Origin: Candidatus Colwellbacteria bacterium
Lineage (GTDB): Bacteria; Patescibacteriota; Minisyncoccia; UBA6257; Colwellbacteraceae
Reading direction: 5' to 3'
NCBI GenBank assembly: GCA_027310265.1
Contig: DAIDBC010000039.1
Coordinates: 1-32,646 of the forward strand
Length of the DNA stretch: 32,646 nt
Part shown: piece after piece, positions 16,283 through 26,977 of the stretch
Layout: each line of letters opens with the position of its first letter
Position numbering within the stretch: the first letter of the stretch is position 1
The notes under the pieces: generated by a model
Told to the model about the DNA's origin: nothing
The model's database searches: none
Seen by the model: only the letters and a program-made list of their open reading frames with translations
Program-made: the position numbers and the translations under genes

Positions 16283-18127
16283 TTAACCCGGCTGACCCTG
16301 GTCTGTCGAAGAATTGGATGGATTGCCTTTACCGTACATCGCCTCGCCTATTTTCTGTAGTTCGGCAGACAGCTCGGCTGCAGCCGAATCCATCGTATTC
16401 TTGTCCGAGGATTCAATCGCTTTCTTCAACGCATCGATTTTCGCGCGAACGCCGTCTTTAACTCCGGCGGGTACTTTCTCGCCGGCGTCGGTCAAAGCCT
16501 TTTCCGCCGCGTAGACCAAAGCCTCGGCGCGGTTCTTGGATTCCACTGATTCACGCTTCCGCGCATCCTCTTCGGCATGAGCAGCGGCCTCGGTGCGCAA
16601 ACGCTCCACTTCTTCTTTAGATAGCGAGGTTGAAGCTTCAATTCGTACGGCCTGGCTCTTGCCGGTCGCTTTATCAAGCGCTTTTACGCTCAAAATACCG
16701 TTTGCATCTATATCGAAAGTGACTTCCACCTGGGGTAAGCCGCGCGGCGAAGGCGGAATGCCATCCAAAATAAAGCGTGCAAGTGTTTTGTTGTCCGCAG
16801 CCATCGGCCGTTCGCCCTGGGTGACGTGCACTTCCACTGAAGTCTGGTTATCAGCGGCGGTAGAGAAAACCTGCGTCTTCGCTGTTGGTACGGTGGTATT
16901 TTTAGCGATCATCGGGGTTGCAACACCGCCCAGCGTCTCGATTGCTAACGTAAGCGGGGTTACATCCAGAAGTAAAATATCTTTTACGTCTCCCTGCAGA
17001 ATTCCCGCTTGAACGGCTGCGCCCACCGCGACCACTTCGTCCGGGTTGATGCCCCGGTGCGGCTCCTTGCCGAACAACTTCTGCACTGCTTCCTGCATCG
17101 CCGGCATTCTGGTCTGGCCGCCGACCATTACCACCTCATCGATATCCCCGATTTTGAAACCAGCATCGGCGATAGCTTTCTTGGTGAGCTCAATTGAACG
17201 GTCGATATAGTCACGCACTAACTCTTCCAACTTAGCGCGGCTCAATTTTTTCAAAAAATGTTTGGGGCCCGAAGCGTCGGAGGTGACGTAGGGCAAATTT
17301 ATCTCAGTCTCAACTGCCGTTGAAAGTTCATGTTTAGCGCGCTCGGCGGCTTCCTTCAAACGCTGCAACGCCAGCGGGTCGTTTGAAATATCGATACCCT
17401 GTTCTTTTTTATATTCCGCTACTAGATATTCGATAATACGCTTATCAAAATCGTCTCCGCCCAAGTGGGTGTCGCCGCCAGTCGCTTTTACCTCGACGGT
17501 GTCATCGCCCACTTCCAACACCGAAATATCGAATGTGCCGCCGCCAAAGTCGTAAACCACAATCTGTTCATTCCTGTCGCGGTTCAAACCATAAGCCAAG
17601 GCGGCGGCCGTAGGCTCATTAATAATCCTGCGCACCTTGAATCCGGCGATTTCGCCGGCATTCTTGGTCGCTTGCCGTTGGGAATCGTCAAAGTAAGCGG
17701 GCACAGTAATAACCGCTTCTTCGATCTTCTCACCCAAACGCATTTCGGCGTCGGCCTTTAATTTGGCAAGAACCATTGCCGAGATTTCCTCCGGCCGGTA
17801 GTATTTGTCGCCCATTTTAATCTCCACGCCCCCGTCGGCGGCCGCACGGATCTCGTACGGCAGCCAGGTTTTGTCGCGCTGCACCTCAGCGTCGCTAAAC
17901 TTGCGGCCGATCAAACGCTTCACCGAGAAAATCGTGTTTTGCGGGTTGGTAATCGCCTGACGCTTGGCCACCAAACCGACTAGTCGTTCATTCGATTTAG
18001 AAATCGCGACGATCGAAGGCGTAGTGCGGTTGCCTTCGGCGTTCTCCAAGATTTTCGGCTCGCCGCCCTCCGTGACCGCCATCGCGGAGTTGGTTGTCCC
18101 CAAATCTATTCCTAAAATTTTTGCCAT
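16283..18127 (-). CDS. dnaK: Chaperone DnaK
   Basis: [38 protein letters not shown]. Confidence 0.99.
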   Translation of the reverse strand: MAKILGIDLGTTNSAMAVTEGGEPKILENAEGNRTTPSIVAISKSNERLVGLVAKRQAITNPQNTIFSVKRLIGRKFSDAEVQRDKTWLPYEIRAAADGGVEIKMGDKYYRPEEISAMVLAKLKADAEMRLGEKIEEAVITVPAYFDDSQRQATKNAGEIAGFKVRRIINEPTAAALAYGLNRDRNEQIVVYDFGGGTFDISVLEVGDDTVEVKATGGDTHLGGDDFDKRIIEYLVAEYKKEQGIDISNDPLALQRLKEAAERAKHELSTAVETEINLPYVTSDASGPKHFLKKLSRAKLEELVRDYIDRSIELTKKAIADAGFKIGDIDEVVMVGGQTRMPAMQEAVQKLFGKEPHRGINPDEVVAVGAAVQAGILQGDVKDILLLDVTPLTLAIETLGGVATPMIAKNTTVPTAKTQVFSTAADNQTSVEVHVTQGERPMAADNKTLARFILDGIPPSPRGLPQVEVTFDIDANGILSVKALDKATGKSQAVRIEASTSLSKEEVERLRTEAAAHAEEDARKRESVESKNRAEALVYAAEKALTDAGEKVPAGVKDGVRAKIDALKKAIESSDKNTMDSAAAELSAELQKIGEAMYGKGNPSNSSTDQGQPG

Positions 18128-18141
18128 TTTTTAAATATTGT

Positions 18142-18648
18142 TTATTTTGCCAATTTGACTCTCGCCGGACGCAGAACCTTACCCTGAAAAACATATCCCG
18201 TCTCTACTTCTTCCGCAACCGATCCAGACTGATAGGACAAAGGCGGATCGATCTCCGCGGTACCGACGGATTCGTGGTAGCTGGGATTGAATGCCTCGCC
18301 TGATATAACCTTTATCTTTTCCAAGCCGCGACGCTTCAAAACGTCCTCTAGTTGGCCCTTGATCATATAGACGCCCTTCTCTACCGGGCCGGCTTTTTCG
18401 AGCGACGCCAACCCCAGCTCGAAACTGTCCAAAACGGGAATGAGATCGCGGATTACATCCTCGCTTCCAAATTTTATCACCTCTTCCAGGCGGGCAAATT
18501 CTTCTTTCTTGTAATTGATAAAGTCCGCCTTAGTCCTTTTCCAGCCATCCAAATATTCGTCGCGCTCGCGGGCCGCCTTATCAAGGTCAGCTTTAAGCTG
18601 ATCAGCCTCGGATTTTATTTCGTTGTTGGTAACGTTGTTCTCCTCCAA
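18142..18648 (-). CDS. grpE: Nucleotide exchange factor GrpE
   Basis: ADFINYKK, FNPSYHE, GY....KVLRPARV. TTG start. Confidence 0.95.
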   Translation of the reverse strand: MEENNVTNNEIKSEADQLKADLDKAARERDEYLDGWKRTKADFINYKKEEFARLEEVIKFGSEDVIRDLIPVLDSFELGLASLEKAGPVEKGVYMIKGQLEDVLKRRGLEKIKVISGEAFNPSYHESVGTAEIDPPLSYQSGSVAEEVETGYVFQGKVLRPARVKLAK

Positions 18649-18669
18649 ATCGTCTCCATCTTTAATCGT

Positions 18670-19272
18670 CTAACCCCGTCTTGTCAAGGCTTCGCGCAAT
18701 GTTTCTTCGTCTGCGAACTCGATTTCGCCCCCAGTTGGTATCCCCCGTCCCAGCCGCGTTATTTTCTCGGCAAAAGGCTTTAGTTCCTGGGCAATAAGCG
18801 AGGCTATCAAATCGGAGGATGTGGCCGGATTTACGGCAATAATTATCTCCCTAACCTTACCGCCAAGAGATTCCTTGATCCATGCTTTGAGGCTTTGCAA
18901 TCGCAGGCGCTGCTCGGTATCCAAAACGCCGCTTTTTTTCAAATCCCCCACCACCAGATAGCGGCCGGTGAACTTCTTGGCGTTCTCAAGCGAGAGTAGG
19001 TCAGTTTCTTTTTCCACAACAGCAATTAACGATTTATCGCGGCGCGGATCGGCGCAAATATCGCAGAGGTCTCCGGCGCCCTGATAGATAAAAAAACATT
19101 GTTTGCAGATTTTCACGCCCCTTAGACCAGCTAAGATGCCGGCGGTTTCACTCTGCAACGCTTGACCACGATGGATGAAATAAAAAGCCAGTCGGATCGC
19201 TTGGCGCGGCCCGATTCCTGGAAGCTCCGAAAAAATTTCGACGAAACGCCTAATGGGCTCCGGGACTTTCAT
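18670..19272 (-). CDS. recR: Recombination mediator RecR
   Basis: LPGIGPR HhH, C4 zinc finger, Toprim (VVE), GIPTGGEIEFADE.TL. Confidence 0.95.
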   Translation of the reverse strand: MKVPEPIRRFVEIFSELPGIGPRQAIRLAFYFIHRGQALQSETAGILAGLRGVKICKQCFFIYQGAGDLCDICADPRRDKSLIAVVEKETDLLSLENAKKFTGRYLVVGDLKKSGVLDTEQRLRLQSLKAWIKESLGGKVREIIIAVNPATSSDLIASLIAQELKPFAEKITRLGRGIPTGGEIEFADEETLREALTRRG

Positions 19273-20620
19273 GGTAAGTATCGATGTTGCGGAAACTGGC
19301 CTTCTGTTTGTCGAAGAATAATTCTACCACTCCTAAGGGACCGTTCCTGTGTTTCGCCACCCGGATTTCTATGATACTTTCTCCTTCACCCGAGGGCGTT
19401 TCGCTGCCGCGGTCTTTAGGATTCAAAAGAATAACTACGTCGGCATCCTGTTCAATTGAACCGGATTCTCTAAGATCGGAAAGGCGCGGCACGCGCGCTT
19501 CGCGCTGATCAACTGCCCGGGAGAGCTGGGAAACGGCGACGACCGGGACATTCAACTCCCGCGCCAGAGCTTTTAATCCCCGCGACACTTCTGTGACCTG
19601 CTGCACCACGCTCTCATAACTTTTGCGTGGTTGCAACAGTTGCAGATAATCGACAATCAGCAAACCCAGACCCTTCTGTTCCGCCTGCAACCGCCTGGCC
19701 ATTGCACGAATCTGCACGATATTAGGTGACGGGGTGTCGTCGATAAAAAGCGTCGAGTGATTGAGGCGGTCAAGCGCGATTTGAATCATCTGGAAGTCAG
19801 TTTCATCTTTCAACCGCCCGGTGCGCAGTTTCCAGAGGTCGACCCCGGCTTCAGCGGCAATCAAGCGGTCGGTAACCTGTTCACGGCTCATCTCCAGCGA
19901 GAAGACGCCCACTACCTCGTGATTTTTGACCGCGGCGTGCCGCGCGATATCAAGCACGAAAGCGGTTTTGCCATTCGAGGGCCGGGCACCCACAATGATT
20001 AAATCCGATTTTTGAAAACCGGAGAGAATGTCATCCAGTTGAAAAAATCCCGTGGCTACGCCGCGCAGTCTTGCGTTTCCGCCGTCCTGGTGCAGCCGCT
20101 CAATGCGTTCATAGGCCCCTTTCAATTCTTCTTTAATCGGCACAAAGTTCTGCGAAGTTGATCCTTCCGAAATAGCGAAGATGCGCTGCTCGATTGAATC
20201 AAGCAACGTGTCCAGATCTTCCTCCTGCGAAAAGGCACTTTCGGTAATCTTAGCCGAAGCGTTGATCAGTTCACGAAGAATCCTCTTCTCCTTAACAACC
20301 TTCGCGTAATGCAGCACATGCGAAGAGGTTGGGACGGAATTAACCAATTCCGTCAAATATGCCGCCCCGCCGACATCTTTCAGCGTATCGGTCTTCTTCA
20401 GCTCAGAAGTGACACTCAAAATATCTATTGGTTCGCGCCTCTCCCAAAGCTTCAAAACCGCTTCGTAAATCACGCCGTGACTTTTTTTGTAAAAGTCCTG
20501 TGGAACAAGAGTGTCGGCAACCACAAAGATCGCATCTTTGTCGATCATTAAGGCACCTAAAACGGACTGCTCCGCTTCGGTGTCCTGCGGCGGAAGTTTT
20601 AAATCTTTGGCGTTGGCCAT
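19250..20620 (-). CDS. dnaB: Replicative DNA helicase
   Basis: PPQ..EAEQSVLG, GARPSNGKT, FSLEM, VDYLQL, SQLSR, DLRESGSIEQDAD, KHRNGP. No intein. Confidence 0.98.
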   Translation of the reverse strand: MANAKDLKLPPQDTEAEQSVLGALMIDKDAIFVVADTLVPQDFYKKSHGVIYEAVLKLWERREPIDILSVTSELKKTDTLKDVGGAAYLTELVNSVPTSSHVLHYAKVVKEKRILRELINASAKITESAFSQEEDLDTLLDSIEQRIFAISEGSTSQNFVPIKEELKGAYERIERLHQDGGNARLRGVATGFFQLDDILSGFQKSDLIIVGARPSNGKTAFVLDIARHAAVKNHEVVGVFSLEMSREQVTDRLIAAEAGVDLWKLRTGRLKDETDFQMIQIALDRLNHSTLFIDDTPSPNIVQIRAMARRLQAEQKGLGLLIVDYLQLLQPRKSYESVVQQVTEVSRGLKALARELNVPVVAVSQLSRAVDQREARVPRLSDLRESGSIEQDADVVILLNPKDRGSETPSGEGESIIEIRVAKHRNGPLGVVELFFDKQKASFRNIDTYHESPGAH

Positions 20621-20637
20621 ATAAAAGGGTTTAGGAT

Positions 20638-22008
20638 TTAGGATACCACCGGACCTCCGGGGGTGTCTTCTAATTTATATCCTAATAGTTCTATTTGCCG
20701 TCTCAAGCCGTCGGCCTGAACAAACTGTTTATAAGTTCGGAGTTTTTCGCGTTCGGCAATAAGTTTCTTAATTTTGACCGGCAATTCGAGCGGTTTAACT
20801 GCGGCCAAACCTAAACCCAAAATCTTATCGAACTCTAAAACGAGCTCCTTTTTAGTCTTAAAGGACAATTTAACGTCACGCACAACTTTCCATGTAAGCG
20901 CTAACGCTTCCGGCGTATTCAGATCTTTATTAAGAAATGCAGAGAACTTTTTTTCATAGTTCCTTATATAAGCCGCTTGCGCTCTAACGAGGTTGTCGCT
21001 GGGATGACGTAAAAACTCTCGCAGGCTGTTCAAAGCATTCTCCGCCGCACGGGCTGATTCCCAAGTAAAGTTCAGTTTAGAACGGTAATGAGAGGTCAGG
21101 ATTAAATAACGGAAGGCTAGCGGCTCGATCCCCTTGTTTCCTAAATCCCGCAGCGTGTAGATGTTATGCAAAGATTTGGACATTTTCTGTCCCTCAACCA
21201 AGAGATGCTCGCCGTGCACCCAGTAACGCACAAATTTCTTTCCTGTGGCCGCTTCGGATTGGGCAATTTCGTTCTCATGATGTGGGAACAAAAGATCAAC
21301 CGCGCCGGCATGGATGTCGAGCGTCTCCCCTAGATATTTCATGCTCATCGCTGAGCACTCAATGTGCCAGCCCGGCCGGCCGGCCCCCCATGGACTCGGC
21401 CACGACGGTTCGCCGGGTTTGTGGGCTTTCCATAATACGAAATCCTGGGCGTTATCCTTGCCGTACTCATCCGCGCTCACCCGCGCACCGGATTTGAGCT
21501 CACGCCTGTCTAAACCGGAAAGCTTTCCATAACTTTTGAACTTAGAGATGTCGAAATAGATCGAACCGTCTTCACCTTGGTAAGCAAAACCCCTAGCAAC
21601 TAGTTTTTTTATGAGCGCTACCATCTCTTTTATATTGGCGGTAGCAGGAGTGTAATATTCGACTTTTTCAATATTAAGTTTTTCAAGATCGCCGAAAAAC
21701 AGTTTAGTATACGGTTTGGTTACCGCAGAGATTGGTTTGCGGAGGGCAAGGGCTTTTTTGATTATTTTATCGTCGACATCGGTGATATTCATCACCTGCT
21801 TCACCCTATAGCCATCCAGTGCGAGCGTCCGCCGCAACAAATCCTCGAACACATAAGTGCGGAGGTTGCCGATGTGGGCGTAGTCGTACACCGTCGGACC
21901 GCAGGTATAAATGCGCACGGTTTTAACTTTTTGTCCCGACCGCCGGTGGGCAAGGGGTTTAAATTTTTCTTTTTTGTGAGATAAGCTGTTGTAGAGAGTG
22001 AGCATCAC
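20638..22008 (-). CDS. cysS: Cysteine--tRNA ligase
   Basis: CGPTVY..AHIGN, GRPGWHIECSAM, FPHHENE, KMSKS. Start is GTG 22008 or ATG 22005; the longer ORF overlaps rplU. Confidence 0.97.
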   Translation of the reverse strand: MMLTLYNSLSHKKEKFKPLAHRRSGQKVKTVRIYTCGPTVYDYAHIGNLRTYVFEDLLRRTLALDGYRVKQVMNITDVDDKIIKKALALRKPISAVTKPYTKLFFGDLEKLNIEKVEYYTPATANIKEMVALIKKLVARGFAYQGEDGSIYFDISKFKSYGKLSGLDRRELKSGARVSADEYGKDNAQDFVLWKAHKPGEPSWPSPWGAGRPGWHIECSAMSMKYLGETLDIHAGAVDLLFPHHENEIAQSEAATGKKFVRYWVHGEHLLVEGQKMSKSLHNIYTLRDLGNKGIEPLAFRYLILTSHYRSKLNFTWESARAAENALNSLREFLRHPSDNLVRAQAAYIRNYEKKFSAFLNKDLNTPEALALTWKVVRDVKLSFKTKKELVLEFDKILGLGLAAVKPLELPVKIKKLIAEREKLRTYKQFVQADGLRRQIELLGYKLEDTPGGPVVS

Positions 22009-22015
22009 TACGTCG

Positions 22016-22024
22016 ATTATAACA
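22016..22024 (-). promoter_or_regulatory. Extended -10 promoter of cysS (leaderless)
   Basis: TG-T-TATAAT, then 7 nt to the GTG at 22008. Confidence 0.6.
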
Positions 22025-22072
22025 CGGCTCGCCTTGACTATAAGCTCTGCCTCCCGTTTAATGGGAGGTGTT

Positions 22073-22387
22073 ATGTTTGCGGTAATCGAAACAGGCGGTA
22101 AACAATACCGGGTCTCGCCCGGTTCTAAATTGCGTGTTGAAAAGTTGAAAGCAGAAGCCGGCGGCGCTTTCACCTTCGACAAGGTGCTGCTCATTGCCAG
22201 CGAGAAAGACGAGGTATCACTCGGCCGTCCTTACATTTCAGGAGCGAAAGTGGAAGCAAGGGTGATCCGCAACGCCAGGGAACGCAAGAAAATAGTCTTC
22301 CGTTACCACTCCAAGACCCGCTACCGCAAGAAGAAAGGACATCGGCAGAACTTTACTGAAGTAGAAATTATTAAAATAAGCGGCTAA
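22073..22387 (+). CDS. rplU: 50S ribosomal protein L21
   Basis: MFAVIETGGKQYRV...KKGHRQ. The ATG at 22073 follows GGGAGGTG. Confidence 0.97.
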   Translation: MFAVIETGGKQYRVSPGSKLRVEKLKAEAGGAFTFDKVLLIASEKDEVSLGRPYISGAKVEARVIRNARERKKIVFRYHSKTRYRKKKGHRQNFTEVEIIKISG

Positions 22388-22400
22388 CCAGCCGCTTATT
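22375..22400. terminator. Probable bidirectional terminator between convergent genes
   Basis: Perfect 11-bp inverted repeat AATAAGCGGCT-AACC-AGCCGCTTATT over the rplU stop. Confidence 0.65.
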
Positions 22401-22403
22401 TCG

Positions 22404-22733
22404 TTAGTTCACAGAGATGACCACGCCGGTGGCGATAAGACTGAATATGGCGATTACGAGAGTTGCGAAGGCCAAAAGATAGGACAAGAAACGCTCGCGG
22501 TAATATATCTCCCGCGCAAGCACAATATTTACAACACCCGCTGTAAATATAACTCCAAGAGCAACCAAAACCTCTGCGCGGTTCCCCAAAAGGTCCACGC
22601 CACGCCCGGCGGTGAAATGTAAAATTAAGTTACCGCTTCCGCCGGTTAAACCGAAAACGGCCAGCGCCGCTGCGGCGACCAGCACAAGCAAACTCAATCC
22701 GAAAATTACCGTAAGTGTTATGTCGCGAAACAT
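22404..22733 (-). CDS. Small hypothetical membrane protein (3 TM)
   Basis: 109 aa, hydrophobic, with LILHF...GVD in the loop. Fills the gap between tRNA-Glu and rplU. Confidence 0.7.
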   Translation of the reverse strand: MFRDITLTVIFGLSLLVLVAAAALAVFGLTGGSGNLILHFTAGRGVDLLGNRAEVLVALGVIFTAGVVNIVLAREIYYRERFLSYLLAFATLVIAIFSLIATGVVISVN

Positions 22734-22754
22734 CGCAGATTACCGTTGTAGAAG

Positions 22755-22826
22755 TAGCCCATAGGAGAATCGAACTCCTGTTCCAGCGCTGAGAACGCTG
22801 TGTCCTAGCCACTAGACGAATGGGCC
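22755..22826 (-). tRNA. tRNA-Glu(CUC)
   Basis: GGCCCAT/ATGGGCT acceptor, anticodon arm CAGCG-TTCTCAG-CGCTG, T arm AGGAG-TTCGATT-CTCCT. Confidence 0.95.
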
Positions 22827-22861
22827 GCCGTCCGGCATTTTAAGGCTTATCCAACGTCAAA

Positions 22862-24145
22862 TCAATCTTTAAGCCATTTACCGTATTGCCGCACCAAAAC
22901 TTCTTGCGCCCGCTCCGGTTCGGACATAATTTCCAAAACAATTTTCTCCATCCGCATCGACTGCGAGCCCTTTACAAGGATAATATCCTTAGGCTTAAGG
23001 ATTTTCTGCACCTCTAGTGCGGCTTCCTCAGCGGTATCGAAACTAAAGACATTACCTCTATGTATCCGCGTCTTCGCCGCCTCGGCGGCGAGGCGCATTC
23101 TTGCGCCGACGGTCACGAAAACATCTGCGGCCTCGGCAACAATCCGGCCTATGTTCTCGTGCGCAGCGATGGTATAACTACCCAGTTCGGCCATATCCCC
23201 CAGAACAGCAATTTTACGCGGCGCGGCGATGGTTCTCAAAATCTCCAACGCAGAAAGCGTCGCAGCCGGCGAGGCATTATAGGTGTCATCAATAATGTAA
23301 GAACCACGCACTCCCTCGATGAGCCGCGTCCTGCCCTTGAGACCGCGGTAAAGTGCAAGCATCTCGGAAATTTTTACCAAGTTCATCCCGCGGGCGAGAC
23401 CCACTGCCGCGGCGGCCGCGGCCGCATAAGCCTGCGCCTTACCGAACACCCCCTCAATTTTGACCGGCACAAAACTTCCGCCGGATTCCAGTTTGAACGA
23501 AATACCGATTGGCTTGCCGAATTCGCTCCTATTCTCAAACGCTGCAATGCGCACGTCCGAGACCAAGTCAGCGCCAAAGGTTATAACCTTCGCTTTGGTA
23601 CTGTCACGCATTGCCGCGACGGCCGGATCATCACTATTCAAAACTACCCAGCCGTCCTGACCTATGGCCGAGACCAGTTTCGACTTCTCTTTAGCTACAT
23701 CCTCCGGGCGGCCATAAAACTCAATATGCACAGGCGTTTCCCCGATTGCGGTCACAACCGCCACGTCGGGTTTCACAATACTTAAAAGATAATCCAGGTC
23801 GCCCGGACGATCGGCTCCGTATTCCAAAATGAGAGTGCGCGGATAGTGATTGCGCAGGAAAAGATTGAAGAAACCCTTGGTTACCACTCCCAACCAGAAA
23901 ACAAATCCGCCGGGAAACTCATAATCGCCCAGAACGGCCAGCGGCAATCCGAACTCGTTGTTCAAATTGCCCCCGGAAGCGCGAACTGAACCAGAACTCT
24001 TCAAGACGGTAAGAATTGCGAGCTTCGTCGAGGTTTTGCCGACGCTGCCAGTCACGCCCACCACGAAAGGGTGATGTTTGCGAAGCGTCGCCCTGGCCAA
24101 GAATTTCAATATCGCTTTCAAGATGCTACGCAGAAATGAACGCAT
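22862..24145 (-). CDS. murF: UDP-MurNAc-tripeptide--D-Ala-D-Ala ligase
   Basis: GVTGSVGKTS, NLNNEFGLP, DDTYNASP, LGDMAELG, LVKGS..MRME. Confidence 0.92.
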   Translation of the reverse strand: MRSFLRSILKAILKFLARATLRKHHPFVVGVTGSVGKTSTKLAILTVLKSSGSVRASGGNLNNEFGLPLAVLGDYEFPGGFVFWLGVVTKGFFNLFLRNHYPRTLILEYGADRPGDLDYLLSIVKPDVAVVTAIGETPVHIEFYGRPEDVAKEKSKLVSAIGQDGWVVLNSDDPAVAAMRDSTKAKVITFGADLVSDVRIAAFENRSEFGKPIGISFKLESGGSFVPVKIEGVFGKAQAYAAAAAAAVGLARGMNLVKISEMLALYRGLKGRTRLIEGVRGSYIIDDTYNASPAATLSALEILRTIAAPRKIAVLGDMAELGSYTIAAHENIGRIVAEAADVFVTVGARMRLAAEAAKTRIHRGNVFSFDTAEEAALEVQKILKPKDIILVKGSQSMRMEKIVLEIMSEPERAQEVLVRQYGKWLKD

Positions 24146-25797
24146 CAGTTTTTAACATTATCCGGCGGCACGTTGTAATAGTTAAGAATGAAATCAGCAA
24201 TGTCGCGGAAAGCCGGGACTACGGTCATACCGGCGAGCGGCGCTCCGGCCGGCTCATCCAATTTTATAAGCACAATAAAACGCGGATTGTAGGCCGGGGC
24301 GAAACCTACATAACTATCGATGACTTTGTCGGTATAACCGCCGCGGGACAAGTCCGGCACCTGGGCCGTGCCAGTCTTACCGGCGACGGTAAATCCGTTG
24401 ATGTGCGCCAACTGCGCCCTATCGACCGCAGCAACCATCATCCCGACCATCTGGCGGCTAGCTTCCTCGGATATAACCCGTCGCACGGCGCGGGGCGACA
24501 AACCGGCGTTCACGTAGGGCTGCATCATCACCCCGCCGTTCGCGACCGCGCTCAACGATTCCAGTAGACGGATGGGTGTGGCCGATATACCTTGACCGAA
24601 ACTAGCGGTAGCAAAGTTGATGTCGCGCTTGTTTTTCTCGAGCGGCAGAAGACTACCCACAACCTCGCCGGGCAAATCCACGCCGGTTTTTTCCTTGAAA
24701 CCAAATTTCACCAGATAATCGTAAAATGCGTCATTGCCGAGCTCACGCTCCGCAAAAGAAGCACCGGTATTCAATGAGTTTTCAATCACCTCGGTCATCG
24801 TCATTTTGCCGTGAGCCTTTAAGTCCCAGTTTTTGATTGTTTTACCACTGACAGTTATTGAACCCGTATCGACATAGGTTGTGTCCGGCGTTACCGCGCC
24901 CGCATCCAATGCCGAGGCCATGGTGATAACTTTAAAAATCGAGCCTGGTTCATACACCGCCTGCACTGTCGGGTTCATAAAATTTTTAACGTCGGACCCA
25001 CTGTAGTTGTTCGGATCGAAACTCGGCGTACCAGCCATAGCCAGAATCTTGCCGGTTTTGGGGTCCTCCACAATCACTGTCCCACCGCTCCCTTTATAAT
25101 CCCTGACTAACGTATCCAGAACGCTTTCGGCGTGGTTCTGTATATTCGCATCGATTGTAAGACGAAGATCGTCCCCTTTCTTTCCGGGGGTTACCTTATC
25201 GCCCTCGGTCGCGCCGGGTGCGCCAGCCAAGATCCCGTTGTAATAAACTTCCAAACCGTACTTGCCGACAGGATCACTTTGATCCAGCGAAACAAAACCC
25301 AAAAGCTGGGAAGCTATCGATCCCAGGGGGTAGTAGCGCAATTTTTCCTGCCCCACACTTATACCAGGGAGCTGCTGCAAGTTAAGCGCGTTAACCTGGT
25401 CGGTCGAAGCTTTGCGCAAGATGGGTACGTACGTCCCGCTCTTATCGCTCAAAGTTTTTTTCAAGTCATCGCTGTTACGGCCGGTTACGGAGGCAAGGGT
25501 TTCCGCCAAACCGAACACGCTTATTTTCTCCTGTTGTTCAGCTTTGGCGATTTCCGCCGGATTAGCCACAATAATCGGGTATTCTTTGGTGATCGCCGCC
25601 GGAACGTCGGCACCATCGCGATCGGTAAAGTAAATATTTCCCCGCTCGGGAGCGAGGATGCCAGTCATTTCGTAAAACTGCTCCGCCTGGACTTTATAAT
25701 TCCCTCCGCGAACGACCTGAATGTTATAAACATTCAGAATCAGAATGGCATAGAGAATGCTCGCAAGTATAGTTACTATTGCGATGCGAAAGCCCAT
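24145..25797 (-). CDS. ftsI: Class B penicillin-binding protein (FtsI/PBP3-like)
   Basis: N-terminal TM, RG.I..R, RYYP, GLE; SxxK (SIFK), SxN (SLN), KTGTAQ. Located in the dcw cluster. Confidence 0.9.
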   Translation of the reverse strand: MGFRIAIVTILASILYAILILNVYNIQVVRGGNYKVQAEQFYEMTGILAPERGNIYFTDRDGADVPAAITKEYPIIVANPAEIAKAEQQEKISVFGLAETLASVTGRNSDDLKKTLSDKSGTYVPILRKASTDQVNALNLQQLPGISVGQEKLRYYPLGSIASQLLGFVSLDQSDPVGKYGLEVYYNGILAGAPGATEGDKVTPGKKGDDLRLTIDANIQNHAESVLDTLVRDYKGSGGTVIVEDPKTGKILAMAGTPSFDPNNYSGSDVKNFMNPTVQAVYEPGSIFKVITMASALDAGAVTPDTTYVDTGSITVSGKTIKNWDLKAHGKMTMTEVIENSLNTGASFAERELGNDAFYDYLVKFGFKEKTGVDLPGEVVGSLLPLEKNKRDINFATASFGQGISATPIRLLESLSAVANGGVMMQPYVNAGLSPRAVRRVISEEASRQMVGMMVAAVDRAQLAHINGFTVAGKTGTAQVPDLSRGGYTDKVIDSYVGFAPAYNPRFIVLIKLDEPAGAPLAGMTVVPAFRDIADFILNYYNVPPDNVKN

Positions 25798-26066
25798 TCT
25801 GGGTTTTTGTCTTGAACCATTCCTCGATCCTTAGAGAGTTTTTCCAACGCCGCCGAACCGGTCTCCTGATACAGGGTATTCTTCAAATCGGCATTCTTAA
25901 CCTGTAAGGCGTCTAGTTCCCCTCTCAACTGGCCTATATCGTGGGCAAGGCTCACGCTTCTCGAATAAAGCATCACGTTTGAGACGGCGAAAAGCACCAA
26001 AATCACTCCTAAGCCGATGATTAGTTGGATAACACTTCTCTTTCTATTTGGTTGGATGACTGTCAT
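25776..26066 (-). CDS. FtsL-like bitopic coiled-coil cell division protein
   Basis: Short N-terminus, one TM, leucine heptad repeat and ..RGM. Lies between rsmH and ftsI. Confidence 0.7.
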   Translation of the reverse strand: MTVIQPNRKRSVIQLIIGLGVILVLFAVSNVMLYSRSVSLAHDIGQLRGELDALQVKNADLKNTLYQETGSAALEKLSKDRGMVQDKNPEWAFASQ

Positions 26067-26074
26067 TTACTAGA

Positions 26075-26971
26075 TTAAATAAGTTCTGCTGCCCGTAGTT
26101 TGGCCGACCGACTCCTGGGGTTTTGCGCGATTTCCCCATCGCTGGGGACAATCGGCTTTCTAGTGATTACTTTTAAAATTCCCGCGCGTTCCGCTTCTCT
26201 GAAATTATTTTTGACAATGCGGTCTTCAAGCGAATGGAAAGAGATTATTGCGACCCGTCCGCCCGGGACGACTATTTTCTTCAAATTGTTTAGCGCTTTT
26301 TCCAATTCTCCCAATTCGTCGTTCACATAAATTCTCAAAGCTTGGAAAACGCGCGTTGCGGGGTTGATCCGTCCACGTTCGTAACCTCGTGGTGCAGCTT
26401 TCTTAACAATCCCGACAAGATCAAATGTTGTAAGGATGTGTTTGCGCTTCCGAACAACTATTATTTCTTTCGCCACTCTACGCGAGAGTCTTTCATCGCC
26501 ATAATGGTAAAAAATGTCGGCGAGTTCCTTTTCCGAAAGTTGGTTCACAACTTCCGCGGCGGTTAAGTTGGCCGAGGTATCATAACGCATATCCAGGGGC
26601 TCATTATTCTGGAAAGAAAAACCCTTTCCTGAAACAAGCTGTTCAGATGAGAACCCTAAATCTAAGAGCAGGCCATCCGCCCTGCGGAGTTTTTTATTCT
26701 CAAGTATTTCTGGCAACTCGGCGTAGCTCCCATGAATCAGGGTTATCTTTGCGTGAGAATGGCTACTGTCCCTTTCGGCAATCCGCGATTTAAGCTTTGT
26801 GAGAAGTTCGCTGTCTTTATCAACTCCAATAAATACGCCCTTCGGCCCGAGGCGCCGTGCTATTTCTAAACCGTGGCCTCCCCCGTCGACCGTGCCGTCG
26901 ATCACGAATTTACCCGGAACAACTGCGAGAATCTCCAAAACTTCATCTAAAAGAACCGGAACGTGCGGCAT
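26075..26971 (-). CDS. rsmH: 16S rRNA m4C1402 methyltransferase
   Basis: HVPVLL.EV, DGT..GGGH, DLGFSS.QL, PLDMR, FQALRI.VN.EL, ISFHSLEDR, NPRSRSAKLR. Confidence 0.97.
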   Translation of the reverse strand: MPHVPVLLDEVLEILAVVPGKFVIDGTVDGGGHGLEIARRLGPKGVFIGVDKDSELLTKLKSRIAERDSSHSHAKITLIHGSYAELPEILENKKLRRADGLLLDLGFSSEQLVSGKGFSFQNNEPLDMRYDTSANLTAAEVVNQLSEKELADIFYHYGDERLSRRVAKEIIVVRKRKHILTTFDLVGIVKKAAPRGYERGRINPATRVFQALRIYVNDELGELEKALNNLKKIVVPGGRVAIISFHSLEDRIVKNNFREAERAGILKVITRKPIVPSDGEIAQNPRSRSAKLRAAELI

Positions 26972-26977
26972 ACCACA

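Noticed and set aside
23060..23785. Long plus-strand ORFs (also 14736-15323, 24016-24567, 25132-25815 and others)
   Set aside because: Antisense shadows of well-supported minus-strand genes, with no recognisable motifs.
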